The notes below the pieces were generated by a model. It worked only from the letters and a program-made list of their open reading frames with translations, did no database searches and was not told where the DNA came from. Shown here piece after piece: positions 1 through 8,817 of a stretch of 64,000 nt of DNA (positions are counted from its first letter, which is position 1; each line of letters opens with the position of its first letter). Origin of the DNA: Acidobacteriota bacterium (GTDB lineage Bacteria; Acidobacteriota; Thermoanaerobaculia; Multivoradales; JAGPDF01); NCBI GenBank assembly GCA_045862895.1, contig BTUO01000001.1, positions 998,890 to 1,062,889 on the forward strand, read 5' to 3'. Position numbers and translations under genes: made by a program.

Positions 1-339
1 CCTTTGCCACGGCCGAGCGCATCTACCGTTGTCTGGGAGGGGGTCGGCCGGCGCGTGCGGGCGACGTATTCCAGCGGCGGGAGGAGGTGAGTCGTTCCAC
101 GATCCGTAGGTGGCAGCGGTCGGGATGGGTCGTCCTACGCGATCGCACCGTTCTCACCGCGAAGGGCTGTGCTGCCCTTCCGATCCACCAGGAGGTCGTG
201 GAGTTCGCTCGACGATCGGGTCGCAGCACGCTCTTCCTGTAGGTCCGCACCGTGCCACCCATTCCGACCCTGAGCTGCTCCGGCGTATCTGCCTGCTCCT
301 CGTTGCGCCCGCTCCCGGAGCTTCAGCGGCTCTCCGACT

Positions 340-520
340 GCTGGTTAGGAGCCAGCCATGTTTCCCGGCCCGGGAAACGCCGCCGCCGCGTCCGCGGCCG
401 TCGGGTTTCCTTCGGGCGGGAAACGGCTGGCAGCTGCTCGCTTGAGCTCGCAGGTCGATTCGGCGGCCAGGAGTTGCAAGTTTGCAACTCCACGGCGAGC
501 ACCCTCAGCTGGGGGCCGCG
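340..520. promoter_or_regulatory. candidate oriT / relaxosome binding region upstream of mobC-relaxase
   Basis: Three inverted repeats lie in non-coding DNA directly 5' of mobC. They are at 360-378 (GTTTCCCGG c CCGGGAAAC, perfect 9-bp arms), 405-424 (GTTTCC...GGAAAC, imperfect) and 470-491 (GGAGTTGCAA gt TTGCAACTCC, perfect 10-bp arms). MOBP/MOBQ oriTs typically sit in this position; the nic site itself was not identified. Confidence 0.4.
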
Positions 521-883
521 GTGAGCCGCCGTGGGCGCCCGCGCAAGGACCCAGCGCGGGCTCGCGTCGTCAAGAACGGCGCGCACTTCACCCCCGCCGA
601 GGACGGCCGGCTGCGCGAGCGTGCCCGCATCCTCGGAATTACGGTCGCCGAGCTCCTGCGCGAATCATCGCTCGGCCGACCGCTCCCCCGGCGCCACCAG
701 CCCCACCCGATCGCTTCGGATCAGTGGGTCGAGCTCGGGCGGCTCGCCGCGAACCTGAATCAGCTCCAGCGAGCGATCAACCGAGGGCAGACCGAGGACG
801 TGCCGGTCGCCCTCGTGGAAGAGCTTCGCTGCCTGCTCCACGAGGTCCGCCAGGCGCTCGTCGGCAACGCGGGTGCCGCGTGA
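482..883 (+). CDS. mobC: mobilisation accessory protein MobC
   Basis: The frame includes the RGRPRKDP N-terminus typical of MobC. It sits directly upstream of the relaxase and its stop overlaps the relaxase start (GTGA). The probable true start is GTG at 521, where the protein would begin VSRRGRPRK. Confidence 0.65.
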   Translation: MQLHGEHPQLGAAVSRRGRPRKDPARARVVKNGAHFTPAEDGRLRERARILGITVAELLRESSLGRPLPRRHQPHPIASDQWVELGRLAANLNQLQRAINRGQTEDVPVALVEELRCLLHEVRQALVGNAGAA

Positions 884-3132
884 TCCAGAGCATCCACAAG
901 GGCAAGAGCTTCCGTGGCGTCCTCAACTACGTCTTCGGCCGCGCCAAGTCGCCCGAGCTGGTCGGCGGCAACATGTATGGCGAGGACCCACGGGCGCTCG
1001 CGCAGGAGTTCGGCGAGTGGCGGGAGTTGCGGCCAGGCCTGACTCGGGTCGTCTTCCACTCCTCCCTGTCGCTCCCCCACGGACCGAGCGGGCGCGAGGA
1101 GCTCACCGACGCGCAGTGGCGCGACGTCGCCGAGCGTTACCTGGAGCATCTCGGCTACGGGCGCTCGCCGTTCGTGGTCGTGCGGCATCGCGACACCGAG
1201 CACGACCACGTCCACATCGTCGCGGCGCGCATCGGCGCTGACGGCCGCGCCGTCTCCGACTCGCACGACTACCGACGCGGCGAGGAGGTCCTGCGGGCGC
1301 TCGAGCGCGAATACGGGCTCACTCAGGTCAAGTCCGCGCATGAGGTCGACAAGTCCGCCCTGCGAACGGGCGAGATTCGACAGATCGAGCGGACGGGGGA
1401 GGTGAGCAAGCGGCTCCGGCTCCAGGATCTCCTCGACCGCGCCGCCGCCGACCGACCGTCGATGAGCGTCTTCCTCGAACGGCTGGGGGAAACGGGAGTC
1501 GAAGCGGTGCCGCGGGTCGCGACCACGGGACACGTCTCGGGCATCTCCTACGGGCTCGAGGGGGCGAGCTTCCGGGGTTCGGCACTCGGCCGCTCGTACT
1601 CCTGGCGAGGGCTCCAGGAGCGCCTCGGCGTCGACTACCAGCCAGAGCGCGACCTCTCGGCGGTCCGAGCGGCCGCGGCGGCTCGGCCGGATCGTGGCGC
1701 CGGTCGCGCGCCCTCGTCTTGGTCTCCTGCGAGCCTCGACGCGCTGCGGAAGGAGCTCGATGCACTCCCGAGCGCCGCGCGGCGCGGCGCCGTGTCGGGC
1801 GCCACGGCCGGACTCGCCCGTAGCGGCGCCGGAGCGCTCGACGGCCCGGCCGACGCCGTCCGCGTGGCCTACGCTCTTCGCTCTCCTCGTTCGGCGCTTC
1901 GCCTCGCCGTGCGCCGGACGCCCGGACTGGGCGCCGTGGCGCCGATTCTCGACCTCGCCACGGCGGCGCGCTCACCTCTCGGACTGCTCCTCTACGGCGC
2001 GCGCCTCGCGACGGCTGCGGGCCGGCTGGCGCTGCCTGCGCTCGCCCGAAGCGTCGCTCCGAGCCCGTTGTCGCGGAGCGTCGCCGCGGCCTACGTCCGA
2101 GCGGCAGCTACGGACGCACCCTCGATGAGCGTGCTCCTCGAACGCCTCGCGTCCGCCGGCGTCCGGCCGCTCCCGCTGCTCGGACGCGGTGGAGAGGTGC
2201 GCGCGATCGCCTATCGCCTGGGTGACGAGGTGATCCCCGGCCAGGCGCTCGGACCGTCCTTCACCTGGACCGGCCTGCAACGGCGACTCGGAGTGAGCTA
2301 TGAGCCGACGAGAGACCTTCCTCGAATCCGCGAGAGTCGTGAACGATCAGGCACTGAACGAGATCCCCGCTCCGGCGCGGAGCAGCTCAACGAGCGGCGA
2401 TCTGGCCGCGATCCTGGGCGCCATGACGGAGACGAACCGAAGGCTGGAGGCGGTCGAGCGAGCCGTTCAGGCAGCGCCGCAGGCGAGGCGCGATCCCACG
2501 ACCTCGAGGCCGGCGAGGGAGCGCGCGGCGGGGATCGCCGTGTGGACTCTCGCCGCGTCCCTGATCACGCTGCTGGGGATCACGCTGCTCAAACCCGACT
2601 GGGCGCTCCGGCCCCGGCAGCGGGCCGAGCTGCTACTCGGCGAGAGGCTCTACCAGCGCCTGCAGCACATGGAGGAGCCGGAGCGGCTCGAAGTGCTGGA
2701 GTCACTCTGGGTGGATCCGCCACCGACGAGCGACTAGCCGCGGCCGAGCTCCGTGCGGCTCTATGGGGAACCGGGACGCCCGAGCTTGCGACGTATCACC
2801 GGCATCGCGCCTACTCCGCCAACCTCGAGCGCGCGGACTCGGCTTGGGCGACCGCAGCGCTCCGGCGCGGCGTCGAGCCGCATGTTGTGCTGCGCGAGGT
2901 GGCGGAGAGGGGAGCCAAGGCTGCGGCTCCGAAGGAAGCCGCGCTCGCCCACGGAACGCGCGTCGTGGCGCGCGCGCTTGCGACGGTGCAGCCAGGGCGC
3001 GCCGTCGAGCAGACGGTCTCAATGACCGTGCAGGCGCTCGCCACTGCGGTCAAGGTGCCGCTCGCGGTCGTGAAGGCACTGCTGATCATCCGCACCATCG
3101 CGCGGGAGCTGTCGCAGGACCGGGGCCGATGA
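880..3132 (+). CDS. conjugative relaxase (MobA/VirD2-like, MOBP/Q-type relaxase-mobilisation nuclease domain) with repeat-containing C-terminal domain
   Basis: The N-terminus reads IQSIHKGKSFRGVLNYVFGRAKSPELVGGNMYGEDPRALAQEF and the three-His motif is HRDTEHDHVHIVAARIG, both typical of the Pfam Relaxase family. The GTG start at 880 overlaps the mobC stop. The six-frame ORF 358-3132 is an artefactual 5' extension through the oriT region. Confidence 0.85.
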   Translation: MIQSIHKGKSFRGVLNYVFGRAKSPELVGGNMYGEDPRALAQEFGEWRELRPGLTRVVFHSSLSLPHGPSGREELTDAQWRDVAERYLEHLGYGRSPFVVVRHRDTEHDHVHIVAARIGADGRAVSDSHDYRRGEEVLRALEREYGLTQVKSAHEVDKSALRTGEIRQIERTGEVSKRLRLQDLLDRAAADRPSMSVFLERLGETGVEAVPRVATTGHVSGISYGLEGASFRGSALGRSYSWRGLQERLGVDYQPERDLSAVRAAAAARPDRGAGRAPSSWSPASLDALRKELDALPSAARRGAVSGATAGLARSGAGALDGPADAVRVAYALRSPRSALRLAVRRTPGLGAVAPILDLATAARSPLGLLLYGARLATAAGRLALPALARSVAPSPLSRSVAAAYVRAAATDAPSMSVLLERLASAGVRPLPLLGRGGEVRAIAYRLGDEVIPGQALGPSFTWTGLQRRLGVSYEPTRDLPRIRESRERSGTERDPRSGAEQLNERRSGRDPGRHDGDEPKAGGGRASRSGSAAGEARSHDLEAGEGARGGDRRVDSRRVPDHAAGDHAAQTRLGAPAPAAGRAATRREALPAPAAHGGAGAARSAGVTLGGSATDERLAAAELRAALWGTGTPELATYHRHRAYSANLERADSAWATAALRRGVEPHVVLREVAERGAKAAAPKEAALAHGTRVVARALATVQPGRAVEQTVSMTVQALATAVKVPLAVVKALLIIRTIARELSQDRGR

Positions 3133-3656
3133 TTCGGCTCAAGACGAGGGCGCCCCTGGTCGCGGTCGGTGTCTTCCTCCTGATCTACGTCGTCCCGCAG
3201 GCCGTGGGTCTCCGGATCAACACCTCGACGAGCATGCCCCGGGGCCTGTACCGCTCGGTCGGTGGAAGCGCACGGCCGGGCGCGTGCGCGGCCGTCTGTC
3301 TCCCGGCGGTCGTCTCGAGGTTCGGGATGGAGCGCCACTACCTCGGCGCCGGATCCTGCCCCGACGGCGCTGAACCGGTCGTGAAGATGGTTGCGGCGGT
3401 CGGGGGCGACGTCGTCGAGGTGACGGCGGCGGCGGTCCTCGTCAACGCCATCGCCCTGCCGAACAGCCGGCCGCTCGACCGCGATCGAGGAGGCCGCGCG
3501 CTCACGCCGTACGCGCGGGGACCCCAACGCCTCGAGCCGGGGGATGTGTGGCTCCATTCACCCTACGAGGAGCGCAGCTGGGACAGCCGCTATTTCGGCC
3601 CCGTGCGCGTCGAATGCGTCACGACGCTCGTCGAGCCGGTGCTGACCTTCCGATGA
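3129..3656 (+). CDS. traF: conjugal transfer signal peptidase TraF (S26 peptidase family)
   Basis: Begins MIRLKTRAPLVAVGVFLLIYVVP and ends ...WLHSPYEERSWDSRYFGPV, matching the TraF/TrbF-peptidase family. The ATG at 3129 overlaps the relaxase stop (ATGA). Confidence 0.7.
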   Translation: MIRLKTRAPLVAVGVFLLIYVVPQAVGLRINTSTSMPRGLYRSVGGSARPGACAAVCLPAVVSRFGMERHYLGAGSCPDGAEPVVKMVAAVGGDVVEVTAAAVLVNAIALPNSRPLDRDRGGRALTPYARGPQRLEPGDVWLHSPYEERSWDSRYFGPVRVECVTTLVEPVLTFR

Positions 3657-5761
3657 GCGCCCAGCCGCCCTATCGGCATTCGTCCAACGGGGAGGTCACG
3701 GCCAAGGGCGTCGTCGTTCGCGGCATAGCGGTAGTGATCGGTGTCGGCGTGCTGGTCGCATGGGCGGTGACGCAGCACGCTGCGCTGCGTCTCGGGTTTC
3801 ACCCGTCGCTCGGGCGCCCGTGGCTCCCCGCGCTCCCCGGCCGCGAGGTGCTGTTGAACCTCGTGGCGTGGGCGCTGTGGGGTGCGGCGCTGCTGCTCCT
3901 CGTTCCGAAGCGCACGCGGTTGCTCTCCCCCATCGTCGCCGTGCTCGGGGCAGGAGCCTTCGCCTGGTCGCAGGGGCCGCTCTTCACCCCCTTCCACGTC
4001 GTCGTCTGGGCTCGGCGCCTCGGAGCAACGGCCGAGACACGGGAGTTCTGGAAATCGGGATTCCAGGTTCTTGGCGTGGTGACGGGAGCCGCGGCGGCCG
4101 TGGCGGCCATTGTCGTAGCCGTCGTGATCCGGCGACTCAGGCCGCAGTCGGACCTGCACGGCTCGGCACAATGGGCGACGGAGCGGGAGGCGAAGGATGC
4201 CGGGCTGTTCGCTGAGACTGGGCTGATCCTGGGTCAGTGGCCTGGCCAAGAGGGGCGAGGACGAACGCTCCGACACGACGGTCCGGAGCACGTCTTCGTC
4301 TTCGCCCCGACCCGGAGCGGCAAGGGCGTCTCGCTGGTCGTGCCGAACCTGCTCACCTGGCCGCACTCGGTGCTCGTCCACGACATGAAAGGGGAGAACT
4401 GGGTGCTCTCGGCGGGCTGGCGCAGCCGCGAGCTCGGCAGCCTCTGCCTCAAGTTCGATCCGACTTGCTCGGATGACTCGGGGGCGCGCTACAACCCGTT
4501 GCTCGAGATCCGGATGGGCGACCAGGAGGTGCGCGACGCGCAGAACGTGGCCGACATCCTCGTGGACCCGAACGGCGACCGGATTCGGGACCACTGGGAT
4601 CGGACGGCCCACTCCCTGCTCGTCGGCCTGATCCTGCACGTTCTCTATGCGGAGAAGGAGAAGACGCTCGCTGGCTGCGCGCACTTCCTCGCGCGCCCCG
4701 ACCGCCCGATCGACCTGAGCCTCGAGGTCCTGCTGGGCAGCGAACACGCGCCGCCCGGTCATCCTGGTTGGCGCGACCCGGTGACAGGAGACTGGCTGCG
4801 GACGCACCCCACCGTCGCCGCCGCAGCGCGCGCGCTGATGGACAAGTCGCAGAACGAGCGCTCCGGTGTCCTCTCGACAGCCCTCAGCTTCCTCGACCTC
4901 TATCGCGATCCGATCCTGGCCCAGAACACCGCCGTCTCGGATTTCGCGCTCGAGGACTTGGTGAGCCACGAGCGGCCGGTGAGCCTCTACCTGACGGTTC
5001 CGCCGTCCGACCTCAGCCGCACCCGTCCCCTCGTCCGGCTCCTCCTGAACCAGGCTTGCCGGCGCCTGACGGAGCGGATGGACTTCTCGGCGGGTCGGGG
5101 GAGAGGGGCGGGAAAGCACCCGCTCCTCCTGATGCTCGACGAGTTCCCGGCGCTCGGGAAGCTCCAGTTCTTCCAGGAGTCCCTGGCCTACCTCGCCGGC
5201 TACGACATCCGGGCGATGCTGATCACCCAAGACCTCTCGCAGCACCAGGGCGTCTACGGCAAGCAGGAGTCGATCACGGCGAACTGCCACGTCCGGATCG
5301 CCTTCGCTGCGAACAAGCCGGAGACTGCCGAGCTGCTGTCGCAGATGGCCGGCGACACCACGGTGTCGCACAAACAGGTCTCCTACCGAGGTGGGCGCTT
5401 CGACCTGGTGATGGACCACCGGAACATCACACAGCAGGAGATCCGACGCCGATTGCTCACTCCCGACGAGGCGATGCGCCTCGATCCCGACCACGCCGTC
5501 GTGTTCGTGGCGGGTCAGCAGCCGATCTACTCGGCGAAGGCGCGCTACTTCGCCGACCGCGAACTGTCGCGGCGGGCGAGCCTGCCCGCGCCGGAGAGTA
5601 CCGAACGCGTCATGCCGCACACCTCGACGTGGCAGCGCCTCGAACCGATCGCCAGCCCGGCACGGGCCAGCGCCGAAGTCGACGCGTGCGGGCGCGCGAG
5701 CGCGGCAGCGGGTCAGCGCTGCGATCGGGACCGGGCCCTGGATCGGTCGCCGAGCCTCTAG
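3653..5761 (+). CDS. traG: type IV coupling protein TraG/VirD4
   Basis: The N-terminus is membrane-anchored. The Walker A region reads FVFAPTRSGKGVSLVVPNLLTW and ...LLMLDEFPALGKL... is typical of TraG/VirD4. The ATG at 3653 overlaps the traF stop. The 785-aa antisense ORF 3590-5947 is rejected. Confidence 0.85.
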   Translation: MSAQPPYRHSSNGEVTAKGVVVRGIAVVIGVGVLVAWAVTQHAALRLGFHPSLGRPWLPALPGREVLLNLVAWALWGAALLLLVPKRTRLLSPIVAVLGAGAFAWSQGPLFTPFHVVVWARRLGATAETREFWKSGFQVLGVVTGAAAAVAAIVVAVVIRRLRPQSDLHGSAQWATEREAKDAGLFAETGLILGQWPGQEGRGRTLRHDGPEHVFVFAPTRSGKGVSLVVPNLLTWPHSVLVHDMKGENWVLSAGWRSRELGSLCLKFDPTCSDDSGARYNPLLEIRMGDQEVRDAQNVADILVDPNGDRIRDHWDRTAHSLLVGLILHVLYAEKEKTLAGCAHFLARPDRPIDLSLEVLLGSEHAPPGHPGWRDPVTGDWLRTHPTVAAAARALMDKSQNERSGVLSTALSFLDLYRDPILAQNTAVSDFALEDLVSHERPVSLYLTVPPSDLSRTRPLVRLLLNQACRRLTERMDFSAGRGRGAGKHPLLLMLDEFPALGKLQFFQESLAYLAGYDIRAMLITQDLSQHQGVYGKQESITANCHVRIAFAANKPETAELLSQMAGDTTVSHKQVSYRGGRFDLVMDHRNITQQEIRRRLLTPDEAMRLDPDHAVVFVAGQQPIYSAKARYFADRELSRRASLPAPESTERVMPHTSTWQRLEPIASPARASAEVDACGRASAAAGQRCDRDRALDRSPSL

Positions 5762-5788
5762 CCTGGCGGATGGCACGGAGAGAGGCCC

Positions 5789-5820
5789 TTGACCCTGTAC
5801 CGCACTACAGGGTTCATACT
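5789..5820 (+). promoter_or_regulatory. MerR-type operator/promoter: -35 TTGACC, 20-bp spacer containing perfect dyad CCCTGTACcgcacTACAGGG, -10 CATACT
   Basis: Read directly from the sequence: TTGACC at 5789-5794, dyad at 5793-5812, CATACT at 5815-5820. An over-long 19-20 bp spacer with an internal palindrome is the hallmark of MerR-family regulated promoters. Confidence 0.55.
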
Positions 5821-5826
5821 CTCGGC

Positions 5827-6258
5827 GTGCGAGCGGAGGCGGAGCGTCTGACGGTCGGTGAGGTGGCGAGGGGCGCGGGCGTGCGCGTCGAGACAGTGCG
5901 CTTCTATGAGCGCGAAGGCCTGATCGATCGACCGGCGCGAACACCATCGGGATACCGCCAGTACGACCACGGGGTCGTTCGGCGGATTCGCTTCATTCAG
6001 CACGCCAAGGGTCTCGGCTTCTCCCTTCGCGAGATCGGCGAGCTCCTCTCCCTCCGTGCGGCGCCCGACGGCACTTGCGCGGCTGTCAGGGCGCGCGCTC
6101 TCGCGAAGATCGGAGACATCGATTCGCGCATTGCCTCCCTCGGCGCCATGCGGCGTGCGCTGGTGCGGCTGGTGGAGGCTTGCGCGGGCGGCGGACCGGC
6201 AAGCGAGTGCCCGTTCCTCGAAGCCTTGGACCAGGAGAATGACCATGCGGTCGATTGA
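5827..6258 (+). CDS. merR: MerR-family metal-responsive regulator with Hg-MerR-like Cys spacing
   Basis: With a GTG start at 5827 the N-terminus aligns to MerR (LTVGEVARGAGVRVETVRFYEREGLI in the HTH). Three Cys are spaced 35 and 9 residues apart (C...35...C-x8-C), matching C79/C114/C123 of Tn501 MerR. The six-frame ORF 4768-6258 is a spurious extension. Confidence 0.7.
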   Translation: MRAEAERLTVGEVARGAGVRVETVRFYEREGLIDRPARTPSGYRQYDHGVVRRIRFIQHAKGLGFSLREIGELLSLRAAPDGTCAAVRARALAKIGDIDSRIASLGAMRRALVRLVEACAGGGPASECPFLEALDQENDHAVD

Positions 6259-6559
6259 GCTGATCTACTTCCCCGGCTGTCCGAATGTAGCTGCCGCCCG
6301 CGAGGCTCTCGGTCGTGCCTTCTCTGCTCTGAACCTGCCCCCGCAGTGGACCGAGTTCCAAACGGACGACCCGGCGTTGCCGGACCATGCCCGTGGGTAC
6401 GGGTCGCCGACCATCCTCGTGGATGGCCGGGACGTCTTCGGTGGAGAGGGGACGGGTTCCGCGAGCTCGTGCCGGCTGTACCTCGACGAACTTGGCCGAC
6501 CTGCCGGGTCTCCACCGCTCGAGCGTATTGTCGCTGCTCTCGCTGGAACCGCGTCATGA
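6239..6559 (+). CDS. glutaredoxin-like thioredoxin-fold protein (monothiol CPxV motif)
   Basis: MTMRSIELIYFPGCPNVAAAREAL ... SPTILVDGRDVFGGEG resembles the glutaredoxin/NrdH fold with a single active-site Cys. The ATG at 6239 overlaps the merR 3' end and the stop overlaps the merT-like start. Confidence 0.45.
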   Translation: MTMRSIELIYFPGCPNVAAAREALGRAFSALNLPPQWTEFQTDDPALPDHARGYGSPTILVDGRDVFGGEGTGSASSCRLYLDELGRPAGSPPLERIVAALAGTAS

Positions 6560-6957
6560 GGAAGCGGGGCCCCACACCACCTCCGTTCGACACCCGCAAG
6601 GTTGGCGGCGAGGTCGTGGCCGCCGGCGCGGCGGTAGCTGGCGCGGGAGGAGCCCTGATGGCGACGGCCGCGACCGCATGCTGCGCGGGGCCCGTGATTG
6701 CGCCGCTCGTCCTCGGGATTCTTGGTGCTGGAGGCGCAGCCTGGGCGGCCCGCTTCGAGCCCTACAGCGTCTGGTTTCTGGCCGGCTCCGGAGGGATGCT
6801 CGCGTTCGGTTTCTGGTCCATCTACCGGGTCCGCCTCGCGTGCGAGGTCCCGGCGGGAGGGCGGAACGCAAGGCAGCGATTGGTGCGCCTTCTCCTATGG
6901 GTGTCGGCCAGCCTCTGGGTGGCCGCGGTAGCGATCAACGTGTGGGTGCTCCCGTGA
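6556..6957 (+). CDS. merT: MerT/MerF-like membrane transporter with vicinal CC motif in first TM helix
   Basis: The first TM helix reads ...ALMATAATACCAGPVIAPLVLGILGAGG... and two or three TM segments are predicted. The ATG at 6556 overlaps the upstream stop (ATGA). Confidence 0.55.
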   Translation: MRKRGPTPPPFDTRKVGGEVVAAGAAVAGAGGALMATAATACCAGPVIAPLVLGILGAGGAAWAARFEPYSVWFLAGSGGMLAFGFWSIYRVRLACEVPAGGRNARQRLVRLLLWVSASLWVAAVAINVWVLP

Positions 6958-7134
6958 AGAGGGGCCCATGCGGGGATCGCCGAGAGCTGCCGTGACTGCG
7001 CTGTGCGAAGTGACCGAGTCCTCGCCTCGGTGCCCCGTCTCCATCTCGACGCCGAAGCCCTGAAGAAGGCTGCTGATTCGGCCTGAAAGCAGGGCGATCC
7101 GGGGCCGCGAACGCGCGGCCCAGCTCAACATCTG

Positions 7135-7163
7135 TTGACACTATCTCAACGCTTGTGTAGTGT
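7135..7163 (+). promoter_or_regulatory. sigma70-like promoter candidate for trb operon (TTGACA-17 bp-TAGTGT)
   Basis: TTGACA at 7135-7140, 17-nt spacer, TAGTGT at 7158-7163, just upstream of trbB. The -10 lies very close to the predicted trbB ATG at 7172, which implies a leaderless or very short 5'UTR, so confidence is low. Confidence 0.3.
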
Positions 7164-7171
7164 CCCCGTCC

Positions 7172-8155
7172 ATGCGGCAGGGGCCACACGACGAGCAGCG
7201 GCAGCGCTGGACTGAGGGGCTGACCCGCGAGCTGGGGGAGACCATCGTCGGCGCACTCGGAAACGACGACTTGGTCGAGGTCCTCCTCAACCCAGACGGG
7301 CGACTCTGGCTCGACTCGCGCACCGAGGGGATGTACGACTCCGGCTCGCGGCTCCTCCCTCAGGAGGCGGAGGCGATCCTTGCCTCGATCGCCGGCATGC
7401 TCGGAACGCAGATCGACTCCGAGCACCCGATCATCGAGGCCGAGCTACCGCTCGACGGGAGCCGGATCGAGGGCATGGTGCCGCCGCTCGTGGCGAGTCC
7501 GTGCTTCGCGATCCGCAAGCGGGCGACGCGGGTATTCCCTCTCTCGCACTACATCGAGACGGGCTCGATGACCCTGCTGCAGGCCGAGCTGCTGCGGGCG
7601 GCCATCGCCGAGCGGCGCAACATCCTGATTTCTGGCGGAACCGGCTCGGGCAAGACGACGCTCGTCAACGCGATCCTCGACGAGATGGTCCGGCTCGGCG
7701 AGCCGAGCGAGCGCTTCATCCTGCTCGAGGACACGGTCGAGCTCCAGTGCACCGCCGAGAACCACACGGCTCTTCGCACCACGCGCCACGTCGACCTCGC
7801 CACCCTGGTCAAGGCGACGATGCGTCTCAATCCCGACCGAATCATCATCGGCGAGGTCCGGGGGCGCGAAGCCCTCGACCTCCTCAAGGCCTGGAACACC
7901 GGCCACCCCGGCGGCTGCACCACCGTTCACGCCAACAACGCCGTCGCCGCCCTGCACCGCCTCGACCAGCTGGCGCAGGAAGCGGGCGTGCCCTCCCAGC
8001 GCGCCCTGATCGCCGACACCGTCGGCCTCGTCGTCCACATCGAGGGAGGGAGCCGCGGGCGCCGCGTCTCCGAGCTCGTTCGTGTCGCCGGCCTCGCCGG
8101 CGACGGCAGCTTTCAACTCGAGCCGACCGCGGCTCGGCCTACCGAGGAGGAGTGA
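7172..8155 (+). CDS. trbB: conjugal transfer ATPase TrbB (VirB11 family)
   Basis: Walker A ILISGGTGSGKTTLVNAIL plus RIIIGEVRGREALDLLKAWNTGHPGGCTTVHAN are typical VirB11/TrbB motifs. The ORF track begins at GTG 7160; the ATG at 7172 is preferred. Confidence 0.85.
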   Translation: MRQGPHDEQRQRWTEGLTRELGETIVGALGNDDLVEVLLNPDGRLWLDSRTEGMYDSGSRLLPQEAEAILASIAGMLGTQIDSEHPIIEAELPLDGSRIEGMVPPLVASPCFAIRKRATRVFPLSHYIETGSMTLLQAELLRAAIAERRNILISGGTGSGKTTLVNAILDEMVRLGEPSERFILLEDTVELQCTAENHTALRTTRHVDLATLVKATMRLNPDRIIIGEVRGREALDLLKAWNTGHPGGCTTVHANNAVAALHRLDQLAQEAGVPSQRALIADTVGLVVHIEGGSRGRRVSELVRVAGLAGDGSFQLEPTAARPTEEE

Positions 8156-8161
8156 CAAGTC

Positions 8162-8482
8162 ATGAAGCACTGGAGGGAGAAGGGACAGAAGCTCGGGGCG
8201 CTCGCCGCCCTCTGGATGTTGACCTCGCCGGCCGCCTTCGCGACCACGGGCGGAACGTCGATGCCGTGGGACGAACCGCTCATTCGCATCCAGGAGAACC
8301 TCACCGGCCCGGTCGCGAGCGCGATCATCATCATCGCCGTCGCGCTCGCTGGCGTGATGTGGGCGCTCTCCGACCACGGCACCGGCATGCGCCGAGTGTC
8401 CCAGGTCATCTTCGGCGCCGGCGTGGCGCTCGGCGCGGTGAGCTTCGTCACGGCACTCGGCTTCTCTGGGGCAGTTCTCTGA
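8162..8482 (+). CDS. trbC: T4SS pilin TrbC (VirB2)
   Basis: 106 aa with a signal peptide and two hydrophobic segments, in the trbB-trbC-trbD order. Confidence 0.7.
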   Translation: MKHWREKGQKLGALAALWMLTSPAAFATTGGTSMPWDEPLIRIQENLTGPVASAIIIIAVALAGVMWALSDHGTGMRRVSQVIFGAGVALGAVSFVTALGFSGAVL

Positions 8483-8817
8483 TGACCGTGAAGCGAAGGT
8501 CGCTCCGAACCGTGCCGCTGCACAGTTCGCTCACGCGGCCGATTCTCCTGGGCGGGGCCGAGCGTGACCTCGTGATCATCGAGGTGAGCGTGATCGCGGC
8601 GCTGCTCTTCGGCGTCGGCTTCCGATTCGCCAGTCTGAGCCTTGCACTGCTGATCGGCACGGTCGGTCACCGCATCCTCGTCTGGATCGGCCGCCAGGAC
8701 CCGCAGGCCACGCGCGTCTTTGCCCGTCACCGGCTATACCAGCCGTTCTACCCGGCGACGGCGGCGGTCGGCGCGCCGATCTCCCGCGTGCCTGTCTTCC
8801 GGGGGGACACGCGATGA
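8482..8817 (+). CDS. trbD: TrbD (VirB3)
   Basis: About 110 aa membrane protein lying between trbC and trbE. Its ATG overlaps the trbC stop. Confidence 0.65.
   Translation: MTVKRRSLRTVPLHSSLTRPILLGGAERDLVIIEVSVIAALLFGVGFRFASLSLALLIGTVGHRILVWIGRQDPQATRVFARHRLYQPFYPATAAVGAPISRVPVFRGDTR

Noticed and set aside
358-3132. 924-aa ORF extending the relaxase 5' through the oriT region and mobC
   Set aside because: The N-terminal 170 aa are Arg/Pro/Ala-rich low-complexity translation of non-coding and alternative-frame sequence. Conserved relaxase motifs begin right after the GTG at 880, which overlaps the mobC stop.
3590-5947. 785-aa antisense ORF opposite traG
   Set aside because: It has no motifs and is an artefact of high GC. 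traG on the plus strand has clear VirD4 signatures.
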